Below, piece by piece: positions 29,530 through 43,529 of a stretch of DNA of 64,000 nucleotides; the stretch's first letter is position 1, and every line of letters starts with the position of its first letter. Below the pieces are notes generated by a model that worked only from the letters and a program-made list of their open reading frames with translations, ran no database searches and had not been told where the DNA came from. The stretch spans positions 6,386,001 through 6,450,000 of the forward strand of contig CM022676.1 in assembly GCA_012295275.1 (NCBI GenBank), written 5' to 3'. Both the position numbers and the translations under genes were made by a program. This stretch comes from Chrysomallon squamiferum. Lineage: Eukaryota; Animalia; Mollusca.

Positions 29530-30750
29530 AGCAACAATTTAATTATTTAATTATCTCATACATAGCCTTGTTTCCACACAAACGATCAAAGATCATGTGT
29601 TCCTCCTCTAAATCTTCATTGCAAGTCTCAATATGATAGACAGATGAATAGATAAAATACAAAAACAATGGACAGCGCTAACAAAATTTTTACACCTGAT
29701 CAATTTAAAATTAATTATATACCAACATCACTAATATCTTTGCTTGTTCCCAGGCCAGCAAGGGAGAAAAAAAAACAAATCAAGGAATATTATTACTCTT
29801 CACCTTTATCTCAAGTTTCAATATGACAGACATACAAACTGATAAAATGAATATATAAACTTTCATATGCCATTTTATTTTTCAATTCTATCCACACAGA
29901 TTTACAAATCGTATCAAATTCTTATGTTTCCACATAAACCAGCAATCAAAAACCAAAAAAGACACCTGCCATTCATCATCTTTGTTTCATGTTTCAAAAT
30001 AAAAGACACATAAGCAGATAAAATATGTACAAAAAACCCTATCATTTGCCATTACAGTTTTCATTCATGTAAGCAAAAATATAATTATTTAGATATCTTA
30101 CCCACATATCTTTTTTCCTCACAAACCATCAATCAAAGGTCACCAGTTTCTCTAAATCTTAATCACAAGAATCGATATGATAGACAGGCAAACAGATATA
30201 ATTAATATAAAATCTATAAATTGCCCCAACAGTATTATTCAATCCTATCCACATAAAAATAATTGTTTACAAATCTCACTAATATCTTTGCTTTTACACA
30301 AGCCAGCAACCAAAAATAAATAATTTGTTATTATTCTTCTTCTATGATTCAGGTTTCACTATTATAGGCAGGTATCAGATAAAATTAATATAAATACTGT
30401 CATCACAATTTTCAATCCTATAAGCAAAAATAGAATTATTTTTTCAATCCTATAATCAAAAATAGAATTATTTAATAATCTCATCCCTATCTTTTTTATT
30501 TCCATGAATAGAAAAATCTAAAAAATCTTTGTTTTACATCAAAAATCAAAAAGCCTTTTATCTTTAATGCTCAGATAAAATTAATAATCATAAAAACTAT
30601 CAACTGCCATTATACTTTTCTGTCCTATTTACATGAATATAATTATTTGGATATCTAAGCCAAATCTTTGTTTCTACACAAACCTACAATCAAAGGTCAC
30701 CTGTTTCTCTAAATCTTCATTACAAGTCTAAATATGATGGACAGGTGAGC
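29530..30750. repeat. Degenerate tandem repeat, about 180-bp unit, about 7 copies
   Basis: Recurring AATATGATAGACAG..GATAAAAT and ACAAACC..CAATCAAAGGTCACC. Confidence 0.7.
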
Positions 30751-30951
30751 AGGTAATTGATTTGAGGTTTACATCTGTGAGTCATCATTTGTTAAATCTG
30801 CAGCTCTCATATTCCCACAGTGAACATATGATTCACAATTAGTGGAAAAAGCTGAATATTTTTTTTTTTTTTTATTTATTTTATTTTTTTTCATAATCAC
30901 AGTATACTGATACTGAAAACATGATTCAGAAAGAGTAGAAGTGGCTGAACA

Positions 30952-30984
<33 letters not shown>

Positions 30985-32229
30985 TGTTTATTTTTATATT
31001 CCGTAGATACAGTATATCAATAGTGAAGACATGATTCAGAAACAAGAGATGAACTTGAAAGTTTTTTTGATCATTCTATAGCCTAGATGTTCCCAAACAG
31101 ACAATGTTATTCAGAAACATTACCAGAAGGTATGGGAGATGCATCGTTTTAGGGTGGGGTGATATTATTTTTCTGTTGCTTTGCAGATGGTGGTATTTTC
31201 AGGCAATGAGGTGTCAGTCACTTTTCAGTATTTCTCATAGAAAAAAAAATTGATTCACAAATACTTTTCTATTGTTTGTACCATAGCTAACACATCTCCA
31301 TAGAAATGGTAATTAATATAAAAAAAAACCTATCCACTACAAAAAGTAGTAAATTTAATTTCTGCACTGCTTCTTTTAACCAAGACACACGAGTCTGTGA
31401 TTCAGGAACATTCCTACAAAGGTGTGGCTCAGCAAAGTCATAGAACGGAGCGATATTAATTTCAGTTTGTTTGGATTTGATGCTACTTTCCACTGGATGG
31501 GTTCATTCTGCAGTCAGGAAATTCCTTTGGTGATGATGATATGATTTGGAGATGTTTCTTGGAAGCTGTGGGGTTATGAAGTTACACATGGGTTGGTCTT
31601 ATTTTTAGTTGGCTTGAGATGGTTTGGTATTTTCCAGTGATTATTTTATTCTGCAGGTAATATTTAGTCTGTAGTGAGGTTAAGATTCACATATGTTACT
31701 TTCAGATGAAGTGGAAATTGCCGGGTTGCAAAGTGTGATTATAATTTCAATTGCTGTAAGTATGTCTGTGTGTATTTTTGTACGTTTCTTCAGGAAGTAT
31801 TCCTCTGTTTATATCTATGTATATTGTAGTTTTTCTATTTTTATTTTTTTATAATTATATTTCTATTGTGTAAGTTAGATTTATCTATTTTAATTACTGT
31901 AAACAGAAAATAATTAACAATATTTTTAAACAAGAAGCACAGGTTAAAAAAAAATTAAAAATTAAAAAATTAAAGTATTAAATGGACAGATAAATTGTCA
32001 AATGAACAATATACAGTGAATGGGTCAAATTACACTGATCAAATACCAGCTTTCTAACACATGAACTAAAGTATGGACAGACAGAAAACAACATGAAAAA
32101 AAAAAAACATTTAACATTTTTTAAATATGTGTAAAATAAATACAGGTTCAAGGGAGTGAAATTTTGAATAGATAAATATATATATACAAATTTATAAATA
32201 AACACACAACAGCAACAAATAAAAAAAAT

Positions 32230-32268
<39 letters not shown>

Positions 32269-32524
32269 AAAACTAATATATAACAAATATCCATCATATG
32301 AAATATGAAAGAAACAGTTATTTCCCTTGACACCACCATGCATCATCCGACATGTTTCCAAGGTAAGACGACTTACATTCAGAATACCGCAAAGAAGATG
32401 CAAAAACTGACACAAATGTGCACCACCATGACAACAAAGAAACATGAAACATGTGTACCAGTGCTGCAACAACAACATGTGAATATTACAAGAAGAAGAA
32501 AAAACACGAAAAAACGGTCCATAC

Positions 32525-32556
32525 CTTTCCAAGTGATAACAACACAGAAACAGCAT
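32525..32556 (-). CDS. Candidate short exon (MLFLCCYHLE+AG), phase 2
   Basis: Bounded by an acceptor-like TCTTGCAG|ATG and donor AAG|GTATGG; 10 codons + 2 nt. Confidence 0.33.
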
Positions 32557-32627
32557 CTGCAAGATAATGGCTGTTTACACAGTTTGAATCAAACAGGTCT
32601 ATCTGCCCCAGACACACCATCACTCAC

Positions 32628-32719
32628 CAGTTCAGATCAATACTACACGGTCGTCCACTCCTTGTACAGTCAGCTGCATGGACAGACAGGAGATGTATGG
32701 GCACTTGTTGAAGTGACAT
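32628..32719 (-). CDS. Alternative first coding exon (MSLQQVPIHLLSVHAADCTRSGRPCSIDLN+TG), phase 2
   Basis: Good invertebrate start context TCAAAATG; 30 open codons + 2 nt; donor CTG|GTGAGT; GC-richer unique island between low-complexity tracts. Confidence 0.6.
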
Positions 32720-33937
32720 TTTGAAGACTAAATTTTTTTTTTGTTACGGGATCTGTATGTGAGAGTGGTTGTGTTTTTTGAGAGAGAGAAAAAAGAGAGA
32801 GAGAGAGTGAGAGAGTATGTGTGCTTATGTGTGTGTGTGTGTGTGTGTAAAACAAAAGACTGTGTGAAATGTATGTGTGTGTATCTGCCAGTATAAATGT
32901 ATGTTTGTAATATTTGTACTATTTCTCTGTGTGTTTGTGTATATCATTGTCTGTTTGGATGTGTTTGTGTGTATATTTTATGAGTTTGTGTGTAGCACTA
33001 CATGTTTTTGTATGTATTTGTGTGTGCGTGTGTGTTTGTCTGAATCAGTATGTATTTGTATGTCTAAATATGTGTATATTTTGAGTATGCTTGCGTGTCT
33101 GTGTGTATCACTGTATGTTTATGTTTTTGTTTTTGTTTGTTTGGATGTTTTTGTGTATTTATATGTATATGATTTATTTTTATGTTTTTCTTTGTTAGTG
33201 TATTTGTAATTTTTTAAAGTACCTGTACGTATGTGTATGTAGATGTTTGTGTGTATATATATGTAAGCATCTGTATATATATTATATTTGTATGTATTTG
33301 CCTTTTTATTCTTTCTTGTGCATTTGAATGGCTTAAATAATAATATAAATAATATTTAAATTCATATCCATTTATCTGCCACAATTAGTTCTTATATCAG
33401 CATGAAATTTCGTAATCTATATTTTGTGATATATATTCAAAGCTTACTATTCTTATATGCATCTTACTCAACAGAGACCCAGTAAACTTCACTATGTGGT
33501 TCCACTTGTCCAAAATTAATTACTTATGGTCATCCATGCCTCAGTTTGTAATTACATTATGAATTCATTGGCCAGAATGTAAATTATTAATCAGATGAGT
33601 CAGCTACATTCTGCATTTAAATTTTTTAATAATGACTGATGTCATAGAAGAGGATATATAAATATAGTAGAATAATTTTTGAGCTATATCGTATGTGCAG
33701 TTTTCAATTATGAAAATTGAAATTATGAAAATCCTATCTTCTACTGTTTCATTGTTTCAATTATGTGACACATACACATAAGTATATATATTCATTCATA
33801 GTCACATACACACATACAAAAACATGCCTACACTTATATACATGTATACTCACACCTGTATGTATGCACACATACACATATAAACATAAATTCAAATATT
33901 CAAACGTGAATACATGTATATTTTCTCTCTCTCTCCC

Positions 33938-33975
<38 letters not shown>

Positions 33976-34419
33976 TAACCTCTTTCACCCTTGTACCAGT
34001 GAAAATTAACGCCAAATATATCTACATCTAATCTACTTTCCCCATTTTTGATTAGTCCGTGACTGCTGTGAAAAAACATTCACTTCATTTCCTGCTTCAG
34101 AAACCATCACATCAACAGGTCTTAAGAAAGCAACAAATAAGGTTTTGGATTTTCAACCCAAATCCCTTTCTGTCTGTCTGTCTTTCTGTCTTTGAGAAGA
34201 TTTATGTCTCAGTTTCTGTCAGACACCTATGGTAAAGTTAATCTTAGAAAATGTAATTTAAACTTAGCGATGTTATGCTTGGGAAGATTATTAGATTCCA
34301 GACAAAAATGAAGAGTTTTCAAAGGTTAAATTTAACAGGCTGTTTTTTTTTTTTTTCAATGATAAAACTGAGTTGTTGGAATGATTGTGATGGGTTTCCT
34401 CTTTTATACAATCATTAAA

Positions 34420-34661
34420 CAAAAAAACAAGAACATATATACTTAATATTAGTTATTAAAAAAACATTCAGTTGTCATTATTCATTTGTCCTTTTCATAT
34501 GATACAAATAATTTAGTCACATATGTATTTAACAAGAACATACTTAATTTATCTAAAATTAGTTATTAATAAAATATTTGGTAATCATTCATTAGCCAAA
34601 TTATTTAATCACATATATGTTTATAAAAGCAACATATATACTTAAAAATCAATATTAGTTA

Positions 34662-34698
<37 letters not shown>

Positions 34699-35040
34699 AT
34701 TGTCATTTATCAGTTCTTTTCATTTGATACAAATACTTCAGTCACATATCTATCTAACAAGAACACATATAAATTAATATTAGTTACAAAAAAAATATTC
34801 ACTAATCTTTCATTAATTCTTTTCATATGATACAAATACTTTAGTCTCATACATCTTTAACAAAAACATATATACTTAAAATCTATATGTTATTAATAAA
34901 ATATTTTATAATCATTCATCAGTCAGTTAATTTAACAAAAAAATTAAACATACTTAAAATCAAACATTAGTTCTTAAAAAAAGCATTCAATAAGCATTCA
35001 TCGGTCCATTTCATTTGAACAGAACAATTCAGTCACGTGG
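34420..35040. repeat. Degenerate AT-rich tandem repeat
   Basis: Recurring AACATATATACTTAA..ATTAGTTA and TTTCATATGATACAAATA..AGTCACAT. Confidence 0.65.
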
Positions 35041-35514
35041 TAAAAACAACTATCATATTCCACAAGCAAAAGTCGATGCATGTTCTTTTGACATGTTAAA
35101 AAACTACCCTACACAATTCAGCACTGTCATCACTTTGGTTTGAATCTGATGCAACATGTAATTCTAGAAGTATGGCCTGTCTGCATGTGTTTGTGTTTTC
35201 TGCTTTCTGTGTTTATGACATTATACAGAGAGGACTAAGATCAAACCTGATGCAATAGCAATACCCTTGGATCTGGATGTCCTTATTTGTTTGTGTGTGT
35301 GTGTGTATGTGTTTGTGTCTGTCTGTCTGTGTTTTTTGTTTGTTTCTTAAACCTGATGCAATGTCCCTAGATCTGGACATTCTTATTTGTCAGTGTGTAC
35401 CTGTGTATGTGTGTGTATGTTTATCTATATGTTTGTGTGTGTGTTTTTTATTTTATATTTTTGTCTATATAAGTAAATGTAGTCTAATTCTGGAAGTCTT
35501 GTGGATGTACATTT

Positions 35515-35545
<31 letters not shown>

Positions 35546-35697
35546 CTTTCAAATAATTACATACAGATACCTCTATGACTAAACATATATGTATGTTTGT
35601 ATTGATCTGTTTGTCAGTTTGTCACATAACTCAGTATATTCACTGCCACAAACAAATCTTATGTGATATACTAACTTGGGTTTTTATACAACTGTGT

Positions 35698-35772
35698 TGT
35701 ATGTATGTATGTATGTATGTATGTATGTATGTATGTATGTATGTATGTATGTATGTATGTATGTATGTATGT
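35698..35772. repeat. (TATG)n microsatellite
   Basis: Pure tetranucleotide run. Confidence 0.97.
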
Positions 35773-37440
35773 TCATGCATTTTGTCTTTCACTATTTTAT
35801 ACAAATACTCTTCAATCTATAACAGCTGTCATATCAATGCTGCTATTATTTTAACAGTTGTAATTCTCAACACAAAACACACCAAGAAAAACCGAGTACA
35901 GAAGATACAGACAGTAAATGAAAAACAGTCTCCAGGCTGATAAAGTTGTTTATTTGACAGAATTCAGATAGTGATCAGGAATAATATGAAGTGTTGTGTA
36001 ATCTGTTATCCAGCTATGAATGGAACAAAATAAAAATAAATATATTACTTTTTTTTTTTTTTTAAATTAATGAAATGGTAAATAAATGTTAAATAAATAA
36101 AAAATAGATAAATAATTCACATAAATAATTAAGGTAATAAATAAATAAATTAATTAATTAAGAAAGGTTAAATAAATAAATATATCGATAATAAAATTAA
36201 AAAACATAAATAAATAAAATAAAATAAAATAAATAAATAAATGTATAAACTGGTGTATGTGAAAATTGTATTGTGTTTTTATAATCAATTCACAATGAAT
36301 GGAATAAAATAATAATAATAGTTTAAATTTCTGATAATAAAAAAAAAATAAAAAAAAAAAAATTATAATAAGTAATCAAAAACATTTAAATAAACAAAGA
36401 AAATTAAAAATTAAAAAATTAAAAATAATTTTAAAAACATCAAATAAAATCAGTAAATAAATAGGACAGATAAAGATAGAAAAGTAAATCTTAGAACAAA
36501 ATTGAAGATAATAAGAGAAAAAGTAAGAAAAATAAATGTAAAAAAATAATAATTATAATAAATACATAAATAAATAAATGTAAAGGAAATGAAAATGGAA
36601 AGAAATAAAAACAACTAAGAAAAATAATAAGAAACATAAAGAAAACAAAAAGAAATTTTAAAAAAGTAAAAAACAAACAAAAAGAAATTTTAATAAAAAA
36701 AGAAGGAAATTTTGAAAAAAAAGAAAGAAATCGAGCAAATACAGAAACAAAGCTAAAAAACAAGAGAGTGTAAAAGAGAAAAAAAAAGAAAGAAAAAAGA
36801 ATGAAGAAATAAGTAAGAGAAGTAAAAACAGATGCTGAATGCGTGTGGTGGTAATCACAAGTTTTTATGACTCTGGTATCTGATATCAGTGAAATCAAAC
36901 TGAGATAAAATATTCATTTATCCAACATGTAATTTATCTCAATTTACTCTCTCTGTCATGTTCATAATAAAAAAAAAATCAGGGGAAAATTTGTTGGATA
37001 CAAGCACAAAAATATTACCAGCGTCCTGGGTGAAATATTACCACAATGGTAGTTGAAAACACTACAATATTATGTTTCCCATTAAAGTTTTACCTGTATG
37101 TTTGATGAAACTATTAAAATTTTACCAGTATGTTTGTATTTTAATCCAGCCAATAAGTTCTATGAAAAGACCAACATATTGTCAGTTTGATAAATGAAAA
37201 TACTAAAATATTACTGATATCAATAAAATAGAATATATAAAAAGCAAATGAAAATAAATTAGTAATGAAAATAATAAAAAAAAAAAAAAAAAAAAATAAA
37301 AAAAATAATAAAATAAATAAATAAATAAATAAAATAAATAAATAAAATAAAATAAAAAAGTAATGAAAATAAATATATAAATAAATAAATAAATAAAATA
37401 AAATAAAAAAGTAATGAAAATAAATATATCAATAATAAAA

Positions 37441-37471
<31 letters not shown>

Positions 37472-38189
37472 ATCATATATCTTCTATTAACAACAAACCC
37501 ATTAATCTCTATTTATACAGTTTATTTTTTTTATTATTATTTCTAACTAAGTAGACTTTAACATCAAGGCTACACATGTTATTTATTATTTTTAATTTAG
37601 TAATTACTACAGCCTAAGGGTACATTTGGCTTATTTTGTATTATTATGTTTACCAAGGTTAAAAAAAAAAAATAAATAATAATAAAAATAAATAAAAATA
37701 ATAGCTTAAGGCAAATTTACTCTTTGATGTTTACAGATATTGTGAAACCAAGCATAAATTGGTGTAGACATATTTTTTCAGTTTAGATGATAAAGATCTA
37801 ACTTACAGCTGTGAATTAACTATTTTATCAGAAGTTTTCTTATTTGCAGGATTCCCGAATAACAGATGAGAATCTTTATTAGCAGTGTTAATTTAGAGAC
37901 ATATTTTTGTACAAGGCAGAAGAAATTACTGTAAACAATAAACAACATAATTCTTAATAAATAAATAAATAAATATATAAAGTAGGTAGGTAAATAACTT
38001 TTGTTATGTTGTAGTAGAAATTACAGTAAATGCAAAAAAACAACAACACATAATAAATAAATATATAAAATAGGTAATTAAATTGTGTTATGTTACAGTA
38101 GAACTTACTGTAAACAATAAATGATTCATATTAAATATAGGTAAGTAAATAAAAAATCTGTACTACGTTACCACAACCAATGCCAACTT

Positions 38190-38520
38190 CACTGCTACTG
38201 CAACGCTGTATTGATATTATTACTGTTATAACTACTACTACTGCTGCTTTTGTTGCTGCTGCTGCTGCTATTACTTCTGCTACTACATCCACTTTTACAG
38301 TTGTAACTAGTTACCACCACTACCACCACCACAATTACTATTTCAACTACTTCTAATATTTGAGCTACTATTGCTGCTAATACTAATATGCTAAAACAAA
38401 AAGTTGATTCTGCTTCAAATATTACTATGCATCCAATATTACAACTACCACTATTATTACTACCACTACTACTACTACTAGTACTACTATTACTACTAAT
38501 ACTAATACTAAAACAAACAA
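38190..38520. repeat. Compound (ACT/GCT/ACC)n trinucleotide low-complexity tract
   Basis: Direct observation. Confidence 0.85.
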
Positions 38521-38795
38521 AAAATATCACTATTTCTACTACATCTTATTTAATACTCATAATGTACACTATGTTAATCATGATGGCAAGTTATAACATT
38601 ACTATTAATCATTGATTCCTTGGTAACTCTAAAATTTTCTGTATGGCAGTTTGATTGAATACAAATACATACAAAGGAGAGTTCTAGTTTGTTTCTTCAG
38701 TCTCCGAAGCTTTTCGAATTCTTGTGATTCACTGGCAAAAATCAATCAGCATTAATTACAAAAGACAAGAACATCAATAGACCCTAAATCATAAG

Positions 38796-38952
38796 CCAAT
38801 CGAAAAACTAGACACTTGGGTGTATTGTTCTGTTGATGTTAAGACACCTATTCAATCATTGGCAATTGAGAAAAAAGCTTTCAACCAATGAGGAAAGAGA
38901 AAAGAAAACAAAGCATCCAATGGAATGTTATCTGAAGGGCAAGAAGTCCAAT
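38796..38952. promoter_or_regulatory. CCAAT-box cluster (NF-Y-like)
   Basis: CCAAT at 38796, 38885, 38917 and 38948, and ATTGG at 38858; the last three CCAAT are spaced 32 and 31 bp. Confidence 0.35.
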
Positions 38953-39823
38953 TAAATAAGATGACATCTGATTAGATGATTTTTTAAAGGATGTCTGATT
39001 AGTTTGTTTAGGTTGGGACAACAAGTAGTGCTCCCTAGGGAGAAGTTATTGAAGCAAACTGTTGGATTGAAGGAATGATGCTGTGTGAACGATGTTACAC
39101 ACAATTAAGAGGTCTTCACGGCTGGTTTAATAAATTTGGCATTAATAAAAAAATTTTTTTATAGTAGCTGTCATTTATTGAGAATAATGTTTTCAATGAT
39201 AATAAATGATAATTATGAACATAATAATAATAATAACAGTAATAATAATAATAAAACAGTAACAATAATAATAATAATAATAATAATAATTCATTTTTAA
39301 TGTTATTTTATTCAATTTTGAATTATTCTTGGGGATAATTATGATGATAATAGTAGCATTGAGTCACAATAGTTGTAGTAGTTGTAGTAGTAATAATTAT
39401 AATAATAATACATTTCTGTTAATATATACAATAAAAATAACCATTATATTTATTTACAGATTCTATCATATATACAGATTATAATTATATATAATTAGAT
39501 TTAAGTGATTGTTATTGGCAATCAACCTTTGCTAACAATAAAGAGCAAAAATCAAATACGCTACCTAGCTATATTTGTATGCATAAGGCTAGTTACAAAT
39601 TATGTTAATAAGAATGTATCTGTGCTCAAATTTTCTTTTAGGCCTGCTTTAACCTTTGTCCAATGTTAGTCTAGACTTTTGCCAATGACCAGTGCGAGAA
39701 TCTATCCATCATCTTATCCATTTCTGACATCTACGTTACTGCTAATATAGATTTTAAGGTCATAGCACCCTATAAATCTTTTTACCAATTAAATAATGGA
39801 ACCAGAATGAGGCAGAACAGAGT

Positions 39824-39855
<32 letters not shown>

Positions 39856-40323
39856 TAACCATTAAAAATTTAATCTGTCTGCAGTCAAGTGGTTTAGTTT
39901 TTTGTTTTTATTCTTGTTCTTTTAAATTAAATTAATTTATTTTTTTATACCACTTTAAGTTTGATTCTCCGGTCCACTTTGTCATGGCTCATAAAACAAA
40001 CTGCTATTGCCAGATGTGGAAAAAAAAAACAGAAAAAAAAAAAAATATCTACGCTCCATTAATGTCAAACTGTTTATGGTTTTCTTTTGGGAGAGTGACA
40101 TCAAAGGGAGGTTACTGCTGCTGGTGCTGCAAGGCTTGACACAAATAAGTCAGACCAATTACAAGAGGAAGCTTTGAACTTGTTATTGGCACAATTCTTG
40201 TGGAAACGCAGAGAATGTTAATGAACACCTGATGGACGACTGAGGCCAACTTCTTATGGAATATGTAGAAGAATATAAACACTTGTATGCACAACATACA
40301 CACAGACACACAACACACACACC

Positions 40324-40355
<32 letters not shown>

Positions 40356-41056
40356 ATACATACATACATACATACTGACATATATACATTCATACACACA
40401 TTCACATACACGTACACATACAAAAACTAGCTTCTAAATACGTAAGCAAAATTATTAGTTCAGAAATTGGTTATTTTATCAAGTAAATAAATATACAAAT
40501 ATAAATATATACATAAACAATAACAGTAACAGCAGTAGTAGTAGCAGCAGCAGAATCACCAAACCCATGGTAGTAGAAGAAGCAGGAATAAATATTTGAA
40601 ATAAATATAAGAAAAAATATATATGATAAAACATCTGACAATATTTGACAAAGAACAAAAGTCCCAAAAGACTGGATCAAGCTCTTTTACGCCACACACA
40701 AATACGTCATGGACAGTAACATAAATACACAGAATGCTCACACGAATGTTCCTACACAATGTTTAGTTTATATAGATATATATATATATATATGTATGTA
40801 TGTATGTACAGTCAGTGTGTACAAACAATGTCACTGCTGGCCGATTACCTCAGATTAACGTGGAGATTTTTTTTTCACACATCCTAGGTGGTCCCGTTTT
40901 ACAGCAAAGATAAAAATGTGTACAATTTAACTGTGCACTGCTTTAACTCGTTTGATTGCAGATTAATGCAGAACAGAAGTAGCAGCCGAGCTGAGGGTGA
41001 AATTGAGCATTTAATGAAAGGCTGGAAGGTAGCTGTGTCCATTTGTTTTGTGATAG

Positions 41057-41096
<40 letters not shown>

Positions 41097-41105
41097 GAAG
41101 GTTAT

Positions 41106-41162
<57 letters not shown>

Positions 41163-42239
41163 GCAAAGCATTTAATGAAGGCTGGAAAGCTGTGTCCATT
41201 TGTTTTAATGAAAGATAGAATGAAGTTATTTTTTGTGTCATGTGTTTTGTGATAGAATGTGTTTTTGAAAGATAAAGTAGTTTTGTGTCATGTTTTTTTG
41301 TGATAGGAATGTGTATTTGTAGATGTAAAAATTATTTGTGTGTGTGTGTGTGTGTGAGCAAAGTTGAGTATAATTTGAGTTTTTAATGAAGAATAAAGTA
41401 GTTTTGTCTCATGCTTTTTTTTGATATAAATGTGTATGTATTGGGATATTTTATGTATGTATGTATATATATGTATGTCTGTGTGTATGTACATTTGTGC
41501 ATGTGATGTGTGTGTGTGTGTGTGTGTGTGTGTCTGTGTGTGTAAGGATGTTCATACAATTAACGTAAATAAGAAAAAGGGGGAAGAAATAGAAAAATGT
41601 ACATCTCTCTCTCTCTCTCTTTCTATATGAACATCTAATCATTAATTCTTAAAATAACCATCTTGACTTGACCACTCAATTTCCAAGGATGCTGTTTGAA
41701 GAACACATAAAAAGATTCCAAAACTTTCTTTCATTCATTCACTGTTTATGCTCTTCTCCAATTACAGAATAATGTACAAAATGTTTTATCATGATAATAA
41801 AAATCAGGTGATTTAGTGGCTAATTTCACTGCCCAGACTTATGTAAACAAGACTTTATTGATAAAAACATAAACAGTCTTGTCTAGGTAAACAAACGGCT
41901 CTCTGATCTATATTTGCAATTATTTGTACAAACAGGAACCTTGGCGAGGATAAGAAATAGTTTATAGAGTATGTAATTATATGTAGATTAACAACAGTTT
42001 TTTATTATTACAATTAAGGTATTAATTATCTGTATATGTAATTTGTGCTTTATGGGTAAAGATTTTCATCTTCAAAAGCAAGGAATGTAGTAAGTTGTAG
42101 AAATATTATTTTAGAATTTTGACAAAAATAAATGTTAAATATGCAGTTTTTGTCAAAATCGTCTACAAATGTAGAAATGTTTTAAAGGAAAGAAACAAAA
42201 TTTAAAAAAAGAAAAAAAAAGGAATTACAGTAGATAATA

Positions 42240-43190
42240 CCTTTTGATCCATAATTACAGGTGTAAAAAAAAAAAAAAAATTCAATAATTTTAATTCTAA
42301 AAGCAGGTATCTCAAACAGAACCAAAGTAACTTAATCCATTATCACATTTTAACACCTAAACAATAACTGCAGATATCAGAAACACAGGATTATCAAAAT
42401 CCATTTAACCTTTTAATACCTGAAAAACAAATAAAAGAATCAAAAACAATCACTGGATTAAGTAAATTCTTTTAACACTGAAAAATAATTCTAGATTATA
42501 ACAAATGATGAATCAGTTTTGATACCTGAAATGTACATTTTAGCCATATAGGTGTCAGAAACATTCACCCACTTACCTAAATGTATTTTTACCTTTTAAC
42601 ACCTGAAATGTAAAACTACAGGTGTCAGAAACATTCATTGAGTTAACTAAATCTATCTTTAACACCTGAAATAGAAGTAGAGGTGTTACACTGCATTAAT
42701 AAAATTGGTTTTTATCCTTTTAACACCTGAAGTGAGTGAAACTACTTGATGAACATCTGCTTAACTGAATCTACTTTTAACACCTGTAAGTTATTTACAG
42801 GTAGGACAAAAAAAAAAAAAAAAAAAAAAAATTCTAAAAAAAAACCACTATTGGATTCAATAAACCCATTTTCATCTTTTAATATATGAAATGAACTTAA
42901 TCCATTTTTATCTTTTAATATATGAAATGAACTTAATCCATTTTTATCTTTTAACAGCTGAAACATAACTAGACATATCAGAAACAACACTGAATTAACT
43001 AAATCCATTTTCATCTTTTAACACCTGAAAAATAACATCAGATATCACAAACAACACAGAATTGACTAAATCCATTCTTATCTTTTAACACATGAAATTT
43101 AACTTAATCCATTTTTTTTTTTACCTTTTCTCAGCTGAATAATAACATCAATTATACACCTTTTTTTTTTAACACCTGAAATGTAGGACA
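42240..43190. repeat. Degenerate tandem repeat, about 60-bp unit, with TTTTAACACCTGAA core
   Basis: Core and AATCCATTTT(C/T)ATCTTTTAA recur about every 60 bp. Confidence 0.75.
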
Positions 43191-43484
43191 GACATCACGA
43201 ACAGAAGATGATATGTTAATCCTTTTGCACACTAAATCTGTTAAGACTTGGTCTAATTCTAATCAGAAAACACTACCAGGCTTTCCACCTGTTGTAAAAT
43301 AGTCTGAACTTAAACCACAGGTATGCAGACAAGGCAGGTAAAAAAAAAAAAAATGGATTGGTGGCAGGTATGAAGCTCAGGTAACAACATACCTGGATAT
43401 GCAGGGAGATGGGTTTGTGGCAGAAGTAAACATTATTTCTTGGCATGCAACTTCAAACCATTCTCGTTTTCAGTTAGATCTGCA

Positions 43485-43529
<45 letters not shown>

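Noticed and set aside
31978-32724. Longest ORF-track entries (194 aa minus, 139 aa plus)
   Set aside because: The minus ORF runs through (AT)n/poly-T, and the plus ORF is the antisense shadow of an island better explained by minus-strand spliced exons.
40080-40280. GC-richer island, possible exon
   Set aside because: No convincing splice-site pair or recognisable peptide; at most enhancer-like.
43393-43433. Phase-2 unit MFTSATNPSPCIS+AG|GTATGT
   Set aside because: An upstream open ATG gives phase 0, and the donor lies within a CAGGTA motif cluster; ambiguous.
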